From contig NC_134479.1 in assembly GCF_964194025.1 (NCBI RefSeq), forward strand, positions 7,440,001 to 7,504,000: a stretch of DNA of 64,000 bases, read 5' to 3'. The position numbers were made by a program, and so were the translations under genes. Positions 36,721 through 51,136 of the stretch are shown here, one piece after another (position 1 is the stretch's first letter; every line of letters starts with the position of its first letter). The notes beneath the pieces are model-generated. The model was given only the letters and a program-made list of their open reading frames with translations. It did no database searches and had not been told where the DNA came from. Origin of the DNA: Convolutriloba macropyga (taxonomy: Eukaryota).

Positions 36721-39700
36721 ATGAAACGCGAGCAAATCTTTGAATCCTTATCCAGCAGTTAAGAGGCAAATCGGCCTCAAGAAATGTGTCACCCGTAAGT
36801 GGGGACAATCTATTTTGATAAGTCTTTGACGGCTCACCCAATGAATGGGAAGCACAAAACACTATGCCTTAACATACGGGTTGCGGAATGTGTTAACTCA
36901 AACAATTTTCTAGAAGGAGGCGAGTGTGAATCCATTGATGATTTGGTTTAAACTCGTGATAATAACAATGATAATTTATGAATCAAGATTTTCTAATTGC
37001 TAGTATAAGTTTAAATGAACCAAAAAAATGAAAATTATCAGTTTCGGTCAATGCATATATGTAAAATTGCGTTTCGAGAGTTTTTGTCAGTTATATTATC
37101 TAGGTTATTATTAGTAACCTCATAAAGTATCACTCATAACGTTTCTTTCTCCTTATAACGTTTTTTTTGGTAGTTTGATCACTAAATCAGTGTGAAAAAA
37201 TAAAGAATCATTACTCGCAAAGTTAATCGAATTTTCGATTTTCATAGTATCTGTCATGCTTTTTTAGTTGTTCAGATTATTCCCATAAAGTAAAGATCTC
37301 ATTGTCCTCCAATAGATGTATAAATGAAGCAATTTAAATAACTTAGTTGATAGCTAATTGATTTAATTCCTTTCAAAAGTTTTCTCAAAAAAATAAAGGG
37401 TTTTTGAACCTACCCCTATTTAATCTTGATTTTGTAATCATATAAATTAGTCTAAATATTGGCAGGTCTCATCAAGTTTTTGGTAAACCACACAAATTAT
37501 ATTAATTTTCATGTCTTTCATGTTTTTTATTGTCTCAGTTTTGATGCTGTAGTTTCCTAAAATTGTTTATGAAATTTTGTGTTCTGTCCGTTTTTGTTGT
37601 TATATGTGGCCTTATGACTTCATCTCACTAATAATAAGCCCAATTGATCTCCTAAGGAGTTGCAAGATGATCTGATTCGTTCTTTGGTGAAAGGTTATGG
37701 CTCTTATGATTTTGGAAAACATTTGTTTTCAAACTAGTCGACTAATGTCTGAACTTTGTCTCATTATATCTCACTTCTGTCGTTGTGCAGGTAGTATCTT
37801 TGAAGACTTAGCTCATCGTTTTTATAGCCAGGCGAGTTACCAACTTTGAAAGTTTGTGAATTTTTGAAAGATTGCTGTCTCTTTATCATTGGGCAGACAA
37901 TTAAGTCAAAAATGTGGATGATCGGGGTCGGAACTTTATGTGCAAACGCACATTTCCAAGCCTTCTTGTTTTTTCATAGATTTAGTGCGTAAGATATTCA
38001 TCTAGAAATTGTTCCATTTGTTGTTTTAGTAGTTAGCATGTGCCTTTTTTGCATATCTTCTGCTGAAAATTCTTCATAGTTTTTTTTTCAAGTAAATTCC
38101 GTTCATAGTTACGTTCTTGGCTATTTTTCTTAACCTTCGCTTTCAAAGACTGAATGAAATTTTCAGCGCGTAAATCATTTCATTACTTTCACATATCTCA
38201 GCATCTATTCGAGGTCAGCTCAGTGTAGTTAATTCACAACTTCCAAATTCAATTCTCTTCCCTCATTCTCTCAATCTACTACAGTTTACTTAATGTAGTA
38301 CAGTTTATTCAAATCAGTCTGAGATAAGGTAGCGAATAGTTCACGGGGTGGGTATTTTCGTCAGGTGAAGAGGTTCAATTGGAAGAAATAAGCCCGACGC
38401 TCAGTAAACCGAAAATCTGACAGAAGATTTCTTTGGAAAAAAAACAGAATAGGTCACCAAAATTTGAAATAAAATCGCAATAAAATTTCATAGATTGTGA
38501 GCAAAGAAACTTTTTTTTCACTTAACTTTTTATAGCTGAGACCAGTTTCTCAGTTTTTCAATTCATAGGGGCCTACTCTAGTGCGCAAAGAAAGCGAAAT
38601 TTTCTTTGCAAGCGTTCGGCATTATGAAACCATTTTTAGCTCTCTAACTTGAAATGTGTATACGTTAAACCGGACTGAAGAGCTGACACTAAAAGAAGCT
38701 CCAGTCAGGAAAATAAAGCGAGAGAATTGGAGTGACTGTGACAGAGGGGTTGCGAAGGGTAATGGGGAGGGGGGCTGGTGGGGTCATTCCAATTGTCACA
38801 AATGCTTCAAATTAAGAGCCTAAAAGAGGGGAATCTGCCGCCCAGCGGGCAATCAGTGCACAACGAAAGAGAAGAAAAGTAAAATTAAATGGTGCTACAA
38901 ATTCCAGACCATTCTGAGTTGGGGGTATTCGGGTACTTAGCAGAACTCACGTTGGGCTAAGCGTTTTGGGTTCGTAGTGTTTGGTAAGCGCCCTGGGCTC
39001 AGGGCAGGAAATAATTTAGAATCCCTCAAATTGGGTTACCCAAATTAGGTAACTCCTTGTTATTGTCACAAATTAATACAAGCCACTCTGGAATTTACAC
39101 ATTTATATACTACACGCTATCGTTCCTTAATTTTTCATTGAAAATTTCAGACAAAATTTTGCACTTGTTAGCCCCAAGCGGAAATTAGCCTTTCAGATTA
39201 AATTATAGAACAAATTGCCTGATTTTTAACCTGCTTATTTGCGCTTTCGTTGATTAATTGCATTGTTATCCTTATTATCTGGCGAATCGTAATAAATTCA
39301 ATATTTGTCTGGCTATAAATTTTGAGCCTGTGGCGTTCGCGTTTTCTGCTTTCAATTTAATCTGTAAAAGCAGTTCATTGATTCGACCTGTGTGAACTAA
39401 ATTGATCAATATTCATTTGTTCAAAAAATTTGTCGGTGTTTGTTGTGAAGAATTTTTTTTTGTAATTGAGGTGGTATTATTATTATTGATTTATAAGATT
39501 TTCAGAGCTATCACTCACTATTTTTGGAACAATCGTTTGCTGGAAAATATAGTAAAAAAAAGAAACGATCATTAATTTTGTTGCTTTCAACCATTTTTGA
39601 TGATTTTGCGAAAACTTTACCTGCGCAAATCAAGAAGCAGCCTAACAAGCAAAAGCGAACTCAGACAACAATAACGTAAATATAACTTCGCAATAAGGTG

Positions 39701-39859
39701 AAACAGAAGAAATCTGTATTTAAATGTCTAAATAATTAACATTTGATATGATAATTTCACATGTTTGCAAAATCTTATTCGTTTTGTTACTTGAGATGCA
39801 CTTCGAATTTCAAAAGCAGTTAACTATTTTTTGCAGTCCTGTATAGTTATTTTTCAAGG

Positions 39860-41250
39860 GTACCAATGAGATGTTGTGCGCGTTTTCTCAAATTTTCGAG
39901 AAGTTATTTTATAGAAAATTAAGGGATCGTTTATTGGAAAATTTAGACAATCGCCAGCATGGTTTTAGGCCCAAGCATTCTACAATAACTCAAATGCTCC
40001 AGTATTGTGGAAAAATTTGTCGTTGTTTGAATGCTAAAGAGGGTGCATTAAGCATTTATCTCGATATTGCAAAAGCGTTCGATACAATAAATCACAATGC
40101 AACTTTGTTGAAGCTTATGCTTTTTGGATTTCATAACCAATTTCTCCAAGTTTTTTTGCAGATTATTTTTCAAAAAGAGCGCAGTGCGTGTTTGTTAAAG
40201 ATGATTATTCGTCAGAGTTAACTGTTACGAGTGGTGGTCCACAGGGTTCAGTGTTTGCGGTATTTACGTTGGCTGTGTACAATAACGACCTTCCATCTCT
40301 AATGGAGAACAGCACATATCTTTTTGCCGATGACACAAAAATTATTGAAGTCAAATGAATTTATTTTCGCTAAAAAACGATTTAAACGAAGCTATCAAAT
40401 GGTCAAAAGAAAACAGGTTGGAATTCAGCAATGCAAAGTTTGAAGCTATATGTTTTGATGTAAAAATTTAGATCAGTGTAGTGTCCACTTATATGCAGAT
40501 GTTACAGAAATTAGATGCAAATCTTCGGTGAATGATCTTGGTAAAGTTATTACTAATAATTTGAATTGGGACAGTCATATCAATCAGCAGCTATCGAAGG
40601 CACAACTAAAAAAGGTTTTTATCTTGAAGAGAAATGTTCCCTTTTCTACAAATACGAGAGTAAAAGTAAGTTTATACAAAAGTTTTATCAATTCTCCTTT
40701 ACGCGTCAAATGTATGGTTCTCGAATTGGCCAAACTGCAGAAAACTAGACAAGATGCAAAGACGAGCGCTCAAGTGGGCTTTGAATAAGACATTTTTTAC
40801 AGATAGAGACTACAATCAGAGCCTCATTTAAACAATTTGTTGCCAATCAGATTTCTTGTGGTTCGAAATGATCTTATGCTGAACAAAATTTACAACTGTG
40901 ATACTGCCCTTAAGTTTGATGATTACTGAAAAGTTTTCAAGAGACCACGCGGTAACCGCTCTGCAGCAAAACAATTTTTGAGGACAACTTTTAATTGAAC
41001 GAAATCAATCAAATTGGAAGAGTATTTTGTCTTGAGAGTTGTGAAATATGTGAATGTTCTCACCCAGCGGAATGACATCTCAACTTTTGACGACATGTCC
41101 AACAGTGTTATTTTGGAAACAGCTGAACTCTCTGTTGCAATTAAAGGCTGTGAACTTTAAATACTATCAGTATCCTGTTAATTGGTCCTGTTTTTGCTAT
41201 TAATTAACAAAGTGATTCCCGCAATTTAATAATAATAATAATAATAATAA
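39860..41250 (+). mobile_element. 5'-truncated LINE (RT)
   Basis: QHGFRPKHST, YLDIAKAFDTINH, SGGPQGSV, LFADDTK; (AAT)n tail 41228-41250. Confidence 0.9.
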
Positions 41251-42356
41251 TTGTCAATTGATTTTTAAAAAAAATTAACCGGGATTTAACTTTCGGTTTT
41301 TGGGCCGATTGAAATAAAATGGTGACTGACTTTGAACTGATGAATGATCAAACAAATACCAGTAAAAAGCATGAAGAACTGCCGTGTAAAAAACACTTAG
41401 TGCTAATTTCGTTCCCGAAGGTCAAAATGTTCCAATCACAGCAAGTTAGCATGTAGTTATGAACTTAACAACCTTGGATGAAAATTTTTGGAAACCATAT
41501 GCAAGAACCATATATGCTTCCATAGAGGCCATGTAAAAAGTGCCTGCATATATAGTATTTCAATGAAAGCCAAGAACTTCATGATTGGATTTTCATGCTC
41601 GCCAAGAACATCATGAAAAAAAATTCGTTTTTACCTCAACTGCGCGTATGCGCTTCGTCGATAATACATTTTTGAATGCACTTTAAGTACACAAGTATGT
41701 GTTCACTTTTAACAAAAATTTTACTGAGACATTGCTATAATGTGAAAAGAAAAATGGGTAGCCTAATAATTTTTTCAAACACATGTTAGACCTACGACTG
41801 AAAAATATCGGAATTCTTTTTGTTTTCACCGCAGATGGCGGCAGAGTCAGTCGACCTGCCAATCTCAAAAGAATCATTCAAATATGAACTAAATTGAGCT
41901 CTTAAGAATGAACTTACACGCAGTTGAATTTTCGAAAAAATGAAGTTATACTGAACAATGTTTAATCTAAGCATGAGCAAGAGCATTGGAAAACAAATTC
42001 AAAACTTGTTTCTGTTTTCATATTGATAAAAACGATAAAAGGTATTTCTCATTAATTCTCATTAACTTCAATGATTAATTGCATGTGAGTTTTCTTAGAT
42101 ATCTGACGTCGGAAGCCCAAAAACTGCAAGTCAGTTGTGAAAGTCATAAACAAGACAATATTAACGTTGTTATAGATCGCTCTCAGAAAAAAATAGTATA
42201 TAAAATATAAGGATAAGAGATATTGTGCGTTTCATAGCCTATATTTTTATTGCCGCGACCATGAACCAACAGGGGACCTTAAAATTTGTTACAGCCACTG
42301 GCTGAAAGTAGAGGTTGGAGGGTTGATTTCCGTCAGGCAACTTTTTCTTTCGCTCT

Positions 42357-42357
42357 G

Positions 42358-42428
<71 letters not shown>
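42357..42428. repeat. (CT)n microsatellite
   Basis: Interrupted CT dinucleotide run. Confidence 0.95.
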
Positions 42429-42431
<3 letters not shown>

Positions 42432-45400
42432 AGACCTTGTTTTTGTGTTTAATGAATAAAACTATCGGAGGTTTTGTAAAATACAAAATAACACTCAATA
42501 ATTCAGGTTGGGATTTCTTAATTATCTCTTAATTTCTTATTATGTGAGTATTTGGGAAGAGAAAAATAAAAAAAAACTGAAACCATTTTATGATCTGAAA
42601 ACTGCTGTTTTGCATTCGTTGAAATCAATTAAAATTATTTTGAAAAAAATTGTCTCAGGGATTATCAAGTTCAATTTTTTTTAAAAGGTGGGCATAGAAA
42701 AATGAATTTTGTATTTTGTGTATGAGTGCCGATCAAAGAAACATCAGTGATAATAGAAAAACAAACAGCAGTAATTGGAAAATACTTTTTTCTGTTCTAG
42801 AAAAAAGCACAAATTTAATTTTGTTTTATAATATTTTCTTAATTATTATAATTTCTTAAAAAAAAGTAATTTCTTAAAAAAAATCTTATCAAATTTTTCT
42901 CAAATCCATCAACTTTTGTTTAATTGTTGATTAACAATTGTTCGTTTATGCAGAAATTTTTTTTAAAAAAAGATTTACAAAGTTTGACTTTTAAGTCGGC
43001 AAACTTTGTCTGAAGCAACTTTGTTTTGTTCCTCAATTTTTTTCATTAAAAAATGTCAGTGTTATGGAATTTGAAAATGTAATATGAGAGTAATTTCTTG
43101 TTTTTTAAAACTGGTTCCAGAATTGAAATCAATTTGATAAAAAATGAACGAAAAAAATTGAATCAATCACTTTTTTTCAATTGCATTGAACTGAATTCTC
43201 ACATCAACTAGGCTTTCCTCGCTTACATTTAGCTCAATTTTTGATCAAGGGAAACTTGGTACCTTTATGACAAAATTACGCAAATTTTGAGTTTGCTCAA
43301 ATTATTAACTCATATTAAATCAATTTATAATATCTTCTGAGTCTCGTCAGTTGCTGAAAACTGGTTGATGAACGTAAAAAAAATGAATTTCTAAAGTAAT
43401 TCATTTTCCTTGCCGTTGTGTTTAGTGATTGCTGCTCTCGCGGAAACTTTTTTCCTTTTTCAGTATGAGTTTCCCCAGTTTCTGAAGTACAAATTGATTA
43501 TCATTAGCAAAATCCCCTTTTCTACTTTTTCCTCTGCATCATAATTGTGGAATTATTTCTCTGCCATGATCGGTTTTTAATGATTTGACAACTTTTGTCT
43601 TTTAAAGTTTGCTTTTCGTTGTCTTAATTTTTTTGCTGGATTGTTTTTAATTTCTGTTATCACGGTTTGTGCTGATCAAAAAATTTTGCAGAAGATATTT
43701 TGCAGTATTTTAGCAATCAATTTTCGCAATTGCCTTGTCGTGAATGTCTAGTCGAGACAATTTTTTATTACACTTTTGATCAATTTATGACAAAGTGCAA
43801 CTATTTTCAATGCATTTGAAGTACCATTAATATAGCAAATTACTAAATCTTATATAATTCCTATTTTACCAACTGACAAAGTTTCTACAAGAGCAAGAGC
43901 TATGTTTAAGAAATCCGAACTTATTTTTAAAGTTTCTAATAAAATGTCATTAAAATAACCAATTAATTATTGATTCAATTCAATTTATGCCATTTGTGGC
44001 GATCAATTCGACAGCAATTTTTATTCGGACAGAAAAAATTCAGAACAATCAAAATGTTCTCATTTTTTGTTATGAACACCATTCCGTTTGCTGATATTTT
44101 GTTTCGGTGATTTTTTTCGGGGTCTTTGCTCAATCTGATTTCGAGAGTGAAGCTGTGGTGTGGCAAGCAATAAAATGTGGAGTGATTTAGTGTTGAGTGC
44201 TAAACTTGCGGACCAGACACAGTGCTTATTGTGTTGGCATCTTTCATTGAGTTAGTCTGGGATTTTGAATCACAAAGAAAGCGAGTGAACTGTTAGTTGA
44301 TCTTACATCGTTCGGTATTGAAAGTGATGCAAATATGTCAGATGAACGCTTAGTTATAGCCAAGGTCTTTTCAATCCCCTCGCAGCAAAATATTTTTGAC
44401 TTTTAAGCGGTAGTTCATGCTTGTTGTTCCGACCCTCTTGAGGGGGGAGGAACTATATACTCAAATGGGTTTTTTTTTGTTCCGTGAATTTTCGCCGCTC
44501 GATATATTCATCGTAGAGAGTTGAGACTGGTATCATTAGAAAGCTCGTCCAGCGTAGAATATGGAATTAAAAAGATTTTTTTAATTTTCGTTTTCTACAG
44601 GGAGTTATCGAGGCTTAAACTTCTGAGAAAAGAAGAGTGAATTCACGTTGTTTTTATTCACATTTTCCGGAATTTTTGCCTAAATTTTCGTCAATTTTGC
44701 TAAAATTTGTTATAATTTTTGAGAATAGTGTCGTTGATTTCATTTTTGAAGACGAACAAGCATTGTTGATTGTTTTGATTTAATTTTTTTGGTCAAAAAA
44801 TCTGGATAAACATTTCAAAATTTAGCCTTTTTCATCAAAAACAGCACGAAATAAGCTACTTTAGTCCACTTTGATTAAATTTGCCTACAGTACACCCCCA
44901 AACAACACTCATACAATCTTTGTAGACTCAGAGGGGGGCTATTTCTACTTCAGAGTCCGCAGAGAGTGCCTTGTAGTTAAAACTTTGCCGTTTTTTGCTA
45001 ACTTTACTCGTTGATTATCAAAAATGCAAAATTTATTTTGAGTTTCAACTCAGAAATTATCTATATCTACAACATTCGAAAAATCAATTGTTCTTAACGG
45101 ACAATAAGTATTAACAGGGGTAGTTTTGGGCCATTCTTGGACTGTTACAATCCAAAAAAAATCGGGTTGTAATCAGTCGGTCTTTTTTTTTAAAAAAAAA
45201 AAGACTTTTTTTTTAATAATGAAGAACAGAACATATCAAATCAAAGCTCAGGAGTGATAGGTCCAACCAATTTGCTTGCTAAACAGCTCCAGGCTAATGC
45301 ATTTAGTTTTTTAATTGAAAGTTTATGGTCGTTTCTTTTTTAAAAATAATTGACTTTTCAATAAATAATGGCTTAATTAACTTTTCCTCTATTTTTTTCT

Positions 45401-45473
45401 TAATTTGTTCAACTTACAGCTTAGTGTCAGCAAAAAAAGACTGCTTCTTCTTTCTACTGAGTTAACATTTATT

Positions 45474-45970
45474 AATAGCCGCACAGCGATAGCTGAGGCT
45501 ATTATTGGCCTTCTCTTGGTTTTTTTTTATTTCGTCGTCATGATTTTTGTTACGACCATATGACGTCACAGCCACTTTTTGTTCATTCGTTCATGCAATT
45601 TCAACTGAATTGCATGTGTGACGTCATTTTTCGCTCTTAGTGGAGCGAGTTTTTTGTTCATGCGCGTGGTTAAATTTTTGGTCACACTTGACTTACCTCA
45701 CTCTCAAAAATGACTTCCTCACTTTGAAATTGACTTTTATTTACTTTAATTCAAAGAGATAAGGTCAAATGGGTGTGTGTCACTCTAATTGAAGGTTATT
45801 TGAGATCAGCTAAAAGAGGCAGCAATAACTTATACATATTTTTAATCAAAATATAACAGAGCAGCCTTCAATGAAAAGACGAATTTTTTTGGTCTGTCTT
45901 TTTTAGTGTTTTTTTAGACTGCCGATCTACGGGTCTATTGCGGCTATTTTCTGGCAATCTGCCAGCTATG
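45474..45970 (+). mobile_element. HINE family A, uninterrupted (~500 bp)
   Basis: AATAGCCGC / GCGGCTATT; hairpin CTGGCA-atc-TGCCAG; CTATG-TTT. Confidence 0.88.
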
Positions 45971-48900
45971 TTTCTCGGTTGCAGTTTTAAGCCTAAAATT
46001 ATTGTTTTCTGGCTTTGATACTACAAGATTTTAGATTTTTGTTTGTTTTGATATTTGCCAGTTTTTCACGTTTTCTAATTTTGTCACATTATCACATTAT
46101 TGACAGTTCTCATGTCACCTTATTAGCATTCAAATTAAAGCACAATTGAACATATTAAAATACTGAAAGATATAAATCATCGTTTTAATGGCCTCGACGC
46201 CTCTTTCTTGAAGAAATCAATTGAAATTTTTAATTTTGTCTTAACTGTCATTTATACTTTGTCGTTTCGGTCGTATGAAATTTCCTGTATAGTGATAGCT
46301 TTCATTGGCTTTTCATGGAAGAATAGAAAAACCGATATTCTGATATTAGCAGATAGCTGATGGCTTTTATGACTTTCAAACCCATCGTTTTCCAAAATTA
46401 AAAGAAAAACTTTTTTAACTTCGCAATTTTGTTCTTTTTTTGTTTCTTTTTGTTACCTAATCTCGTTAGTTGATTACAGGTCAAATATGACATTATGGGT
46501 GTCAAGGGAATAAAAAGGATTGGTGTCCCAAAATCTTTTTTTTAAAGATTTTGTTATGACCTTACTGGCTTCGACACCGCTTTTTCACAAAAAAAAATTA
46601 AATTATTTTGATTTTTGTCATATTTGACGTTCTTTTTGTAGATGCAAGAAATATTCTGGATAATTACAGGTCTCGAGGGTTTCCTTTTCATGAAAAAACG
46701 ACGATATTTAAATAGCTCTTTTTGTAATTAATGCCTTTCATGACATTGAATGTAATTTTGTTTCGAAAAAAAAATTAAAAGTATTACATACTTTAGCACT
46801 TCGCTTTTTGTCTACTTGTTACCTATTCTTACTATTGAATGGCCACGTACTACATTATAGCTGTTTGAAGAAGGCGCAATCAAATATATTTTGAGTGCCA
46901 AAATTTGGCTTGACGGTTTTGACAGCGTTTTCTGGCAAGTTTCAATTGAAATTTTGTTTGTTCTTTGTTGTTCTTTTTAGCCGCTCTAAAAAATGAATAA
47001 GGTCAGGTCCTAATGCCCTTCTATAGAAGCAGTGGTAATCGCAAATTTGTGGTAATATTAATTTATTCCTAATGGTAGTTATTACTTTGAAGTTAATTGT
47101 TTCAAAAAAATAAGTTAATTTTTTTTTTACTTTTCTGTTTGTTCTTTTTTGTATAATTGTTACCAAACCTTTTTATGGACTGGTCGCATATGTTTTCTGG
47201 TTATTTATAAGTTATTTTTGTTTAGTTTCAGGTTGATCTGACGGTATGTTGACTTTGTCATTAAATTTAGTTTTTAAGAGGGACATAAATTTTTTGATGT
47301 AATTAATGTTTGTTGTTGTTGTTGTTTGATTTTGCTGTTCGTTTTGACTCGCTTTCTTAATATTGACATATTACAGCAATCTAATGCATCAATTTTTACT
47401 CCACTGAGTTATTTGTTTTGGAGGTTATCTTATCGTTCATACAGAATTTTTTGAAAAAGACTTGGGCTTTTTTGGGATTCGCAAAAAATAATTTTTGGGT
47501 TTTTCTATCTGTTCCTCATTTGGTAGACAATTATGCCAAAATTGTGGATGGGCGGGGTCGGAACCTTATGTGCCATTGCACATTACCGAGCCGCCTTGTT
47601 TTAATTGTCTTTTTTTTACTATTTATTGACCTCGGGCTCACAAAAAACGAGCTAATGTCAATTTTGAACAGATTATTACGCCAATATATAACTAGCTGAG
47701 GACAGGTTTACCTCGAAAAAAATAGCTCCTTTTAGAATTCGGTTCAAATAATGCATCCTAAAATTATTTGGCTCAGAGCTCGCACATTTTTTTGTTTAAA
47801 ACTTTCTTTCTGTCAAGCGCGTGAATGAAAGTGAACAAAAAGCAGACCAAGTCTATAATTGAGATTTTGAGCATCTGATCAAACAACCAATTGATATTGT
47901 TTCACACCACAAATTGAAACTTCATTAATAAAATCTTCATCTCTTCACACGAAGAGTGTTTGAAAAGCATGAATAAATTCATTTCATCAGCAGTGATCTA
48001 TTTGCAATAACGTCTTCAGTAATTCAAAACAAAATCCAGCTAAAATAACAAACAAAGACGGAAAAGGGGGAAGTTTAAATGTCAGCCAAAGAAAATTTTG
48101 TTTTTCTAGCCATCAAACTTTGGAAGTTGTTTGGATAATAGTCGCACCAGTTTGAACAAACGACGGGTATGATCAAATGGAAGAAAATAAATTGATGAAC
48201 AGTTAAAGTAATTTTGACTGCTACAAATATAAGTCGACAATAATCCAATGTCTTAAAGTTCACGCTGAGAAATTGTTTTAACGGAGAAAAGATAAATTCA
48301 TTTTTCATTGGAAGAATCGACGAGGTGGTGATAGTTATACCACCAATTTAATTATAAAATATCTCAAGAGTGCTAGTTCACGTCATCGAACTGTAGATCA
48401 CGTGCGTCTAACCTAAAACTTGATCCTCGAATCGCACGCGATAAGCTGCGTTGATGATAGGAAAATACAAATGAATTATTTGAATATCAATTACCGAACT
48501 TTCCAACTATTATCTATTTGAACAAATAATGAAAGAAATATACAACTTCCCAACCAAGGTGAAAGTTGAAACTGGATCCAAATTCAAATTTATTCTATAT
48601 TTAGCCAGACTTTCGTACTGTACCTCTGTATGATCAGTTTATTTTTTCTACTGAGAAGTTGATCTTCAAATTTGACTGGCATACTTTACATACTGTTTCT
48701 CGTAATACGCATCCTTTTTTGTCAAAAATCAAGAACTCGTCAATAAAATCAGTGTGTAGTTAACTGATAATTTTGTCAATATCTTGAAATACTGCAGCAA
48801 CAATTCTCCTCAAAGATGGGAAAATGAGCATTCAAAGACTATGGTCGAATGATTTTGGAAGTCTGGTTTTGTTAGTGTCGGAAATATTGTTTTTGTTTAT

Positions 48901-51136
48901 TTGCCCTGTCTATTTACCTTTATTACGTGATGGTCACGTGCTGTGATGATATTGCCTCATTTATTGATCACAAACATTTTCGTCCCCCGATGGTAGTAAA
49001 CTTGTCTCTTCGCGTCATGAAATCCATATAACAAAATTTTTCCACAGTTTTTTGAGGACAAATAAAAACATCAGAGAGCATATTTTATATCATAATTGTC
49101 CACAGGACGTCAGACGGAAATCAATTTTAAGTAATTGCCCTTGACTAGACACAATGTTTTAATCAAAAGAGTAGACAAGCGCCAATCAAAATGTCTCATT
49201 GAAAGAAAGACAATTTGCGTCTGTGAAAAAAGTGTCATAAAAGCTTCATTTTTGTATTAGGAACTGATTTTTTAATTCAATTTGAGTCAGGTAACGTCTA
49301 CTCGTTTTCGGTTGTATTGAAAAAGAGTAGAATGAATTAATGAATTATATATGACCGAAAAAAATGTTATAAATACTGCATTCAAAATTGAGGATCTGAT
49401 CTCAAAAAAAATTCATTGACAATATTTTCAAGCTCCCAAATTTAGTTTTTAATATAAATTTCTCTTTTATTTCGCAGACGATTTAAGGAGGCTTCATTTG
49501 ACAATTTTGGCGTCTATGCGTTACAAATTGAATCTTTACTTTTGGTTTAAGCGTTCGAGAAGAGGAAAAGTAGTGCTACATTTTTTTAAGTCTCCGCACA
49601 CCGAACTTTTAATCTTTACTTTTCAACATGTTTTTCACTTTATGATTTGTAGAAAAGGAAAAAGAAATGTGAAGGAGATGCTCACGAACAAAATGATCTA
49701 CAACGCGGGTTGCGATAGAGTATACAGTAAGTAAGCTGTGATCATAAGAAAGAGCTTGAAATGATACCTCAATTTAGGAACACAGTAACTCTCAAAGTGT
49801 GCACCAGTTGGTTCAGTGGATAGCGCAGGATTGCAGTCAATTGAAAGAGTGTGAGCTCCCAACCAACAAAAGTGACAATTGTTACTCGAACTATTATGGT
49901 GTTGACATATAGTCAACATAATGAGCTTGAATTTCTAAACTTTGATCGCAGTTGTTGCAACTTTGTTCTAAGCCAAACGCAAAAATTGAGGTGGATGATC
50001 GAAACAAAATTAACTGATTTTTCAATTTTTCGTTTGGTTTTTCTGTCGTATTTAAAGTTAATTTTGAAAAAGTCTTTGAAAACTTTGTGATTTTGGATTC
50101 ACTGAAGCCCCAGAAAAATTACTCGTTTTGTTTGTAATAAAAGAAAGTATGAAAAATAGGTATCGACCGCTGGCTGATCTTTGAATTCTTACCTGATGAA
50201 GCGGGGGGGGGGGGGGGTTCAAGTGATAAGGAAATCCAGAAAAAGCGAAAACAAGGTTTAGGGACTGCTGATGTTTGGCTCACTTAATTGTTGCTCAGTT
50301 CAGTTGGTGATTATAGTTTTTTTGAACTAAAGAGTGTTCAGAAAAATCAAAAAATGCGGTTGAATTGAATCCATCGCTTCTTTTAAATATAAAGGCCCAA
50401 TTTGGAAATTAGCATTTCGAATTCAACTAGGTTGATTGAATCGGCAACGATTTGAAGTAAGGAGTAGAATAAATTGAAATCATTTTCGAGGTTTTAAGAA
50501 AATGCTTTGGAAAACGTTTAAACATATTATAAAAAAAACGAATCATAAGATGATCAGGCATTCAATTTTCCGAAAGCGGCTGCAACACGAACATAATGAA
50601 CTGTGGCGTGTTTTGTATGATAATCAACCTTGATTAGCATAAATAGTGTTTCAGAATTCAAAACTGGATGGACAGTCTGAAGTTTCTAAACATTCTGAAA
50701 TCTGGTCAGGTTTATGCCAAGTGAATATCTGAAGGCTTTTTGAGATTTCCTACAAAATTCCTATATACCACAAGTTTGGTGAAATATTCATCAAATGCGA
50801 GTCAATATTTTATGCAGTTCAGTTTTCAAATAAACCAATTAATAAATATGCAATTTTTTGAATGATCTAATTCACCTTGTATTGGACAATATTTTCAAGT
50901 CATTCTATGACCATTCTTGAGAGAGCACTTGCAATAAAACAGTTGGCCTGTCAAGTGGTGCCTTCTATCGACTTTTTCCACCACATTGTTTCTTTTGGGT
51001 TTCAAATTACTTTGAGCCCTATTCCAAACTGAGTTTTTTTACTCTTTAAAAGAGCAATCTATGATTAGTTGCTACACTTTACTGATAAATGAAGGTACTA
51101 TATTTATATTTAGCTTATGGTTTACTGATATTTATT

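Noticed and set aside
42323-42532. LS-repeat ORF
   Set aside because: Translation of a CT microsatellite.
44440-45270. Possible non-autonomous DNA transposon (…gtatcattagaaagc… motif)
   Set aside because: Could not define TIRs or a TSD.
47750-48900. Minus-strand coding-like frames and E-box clusters
   Set aside because: Multiple stops and no consistent exon chain or domain; short palindromes are expected by chance.
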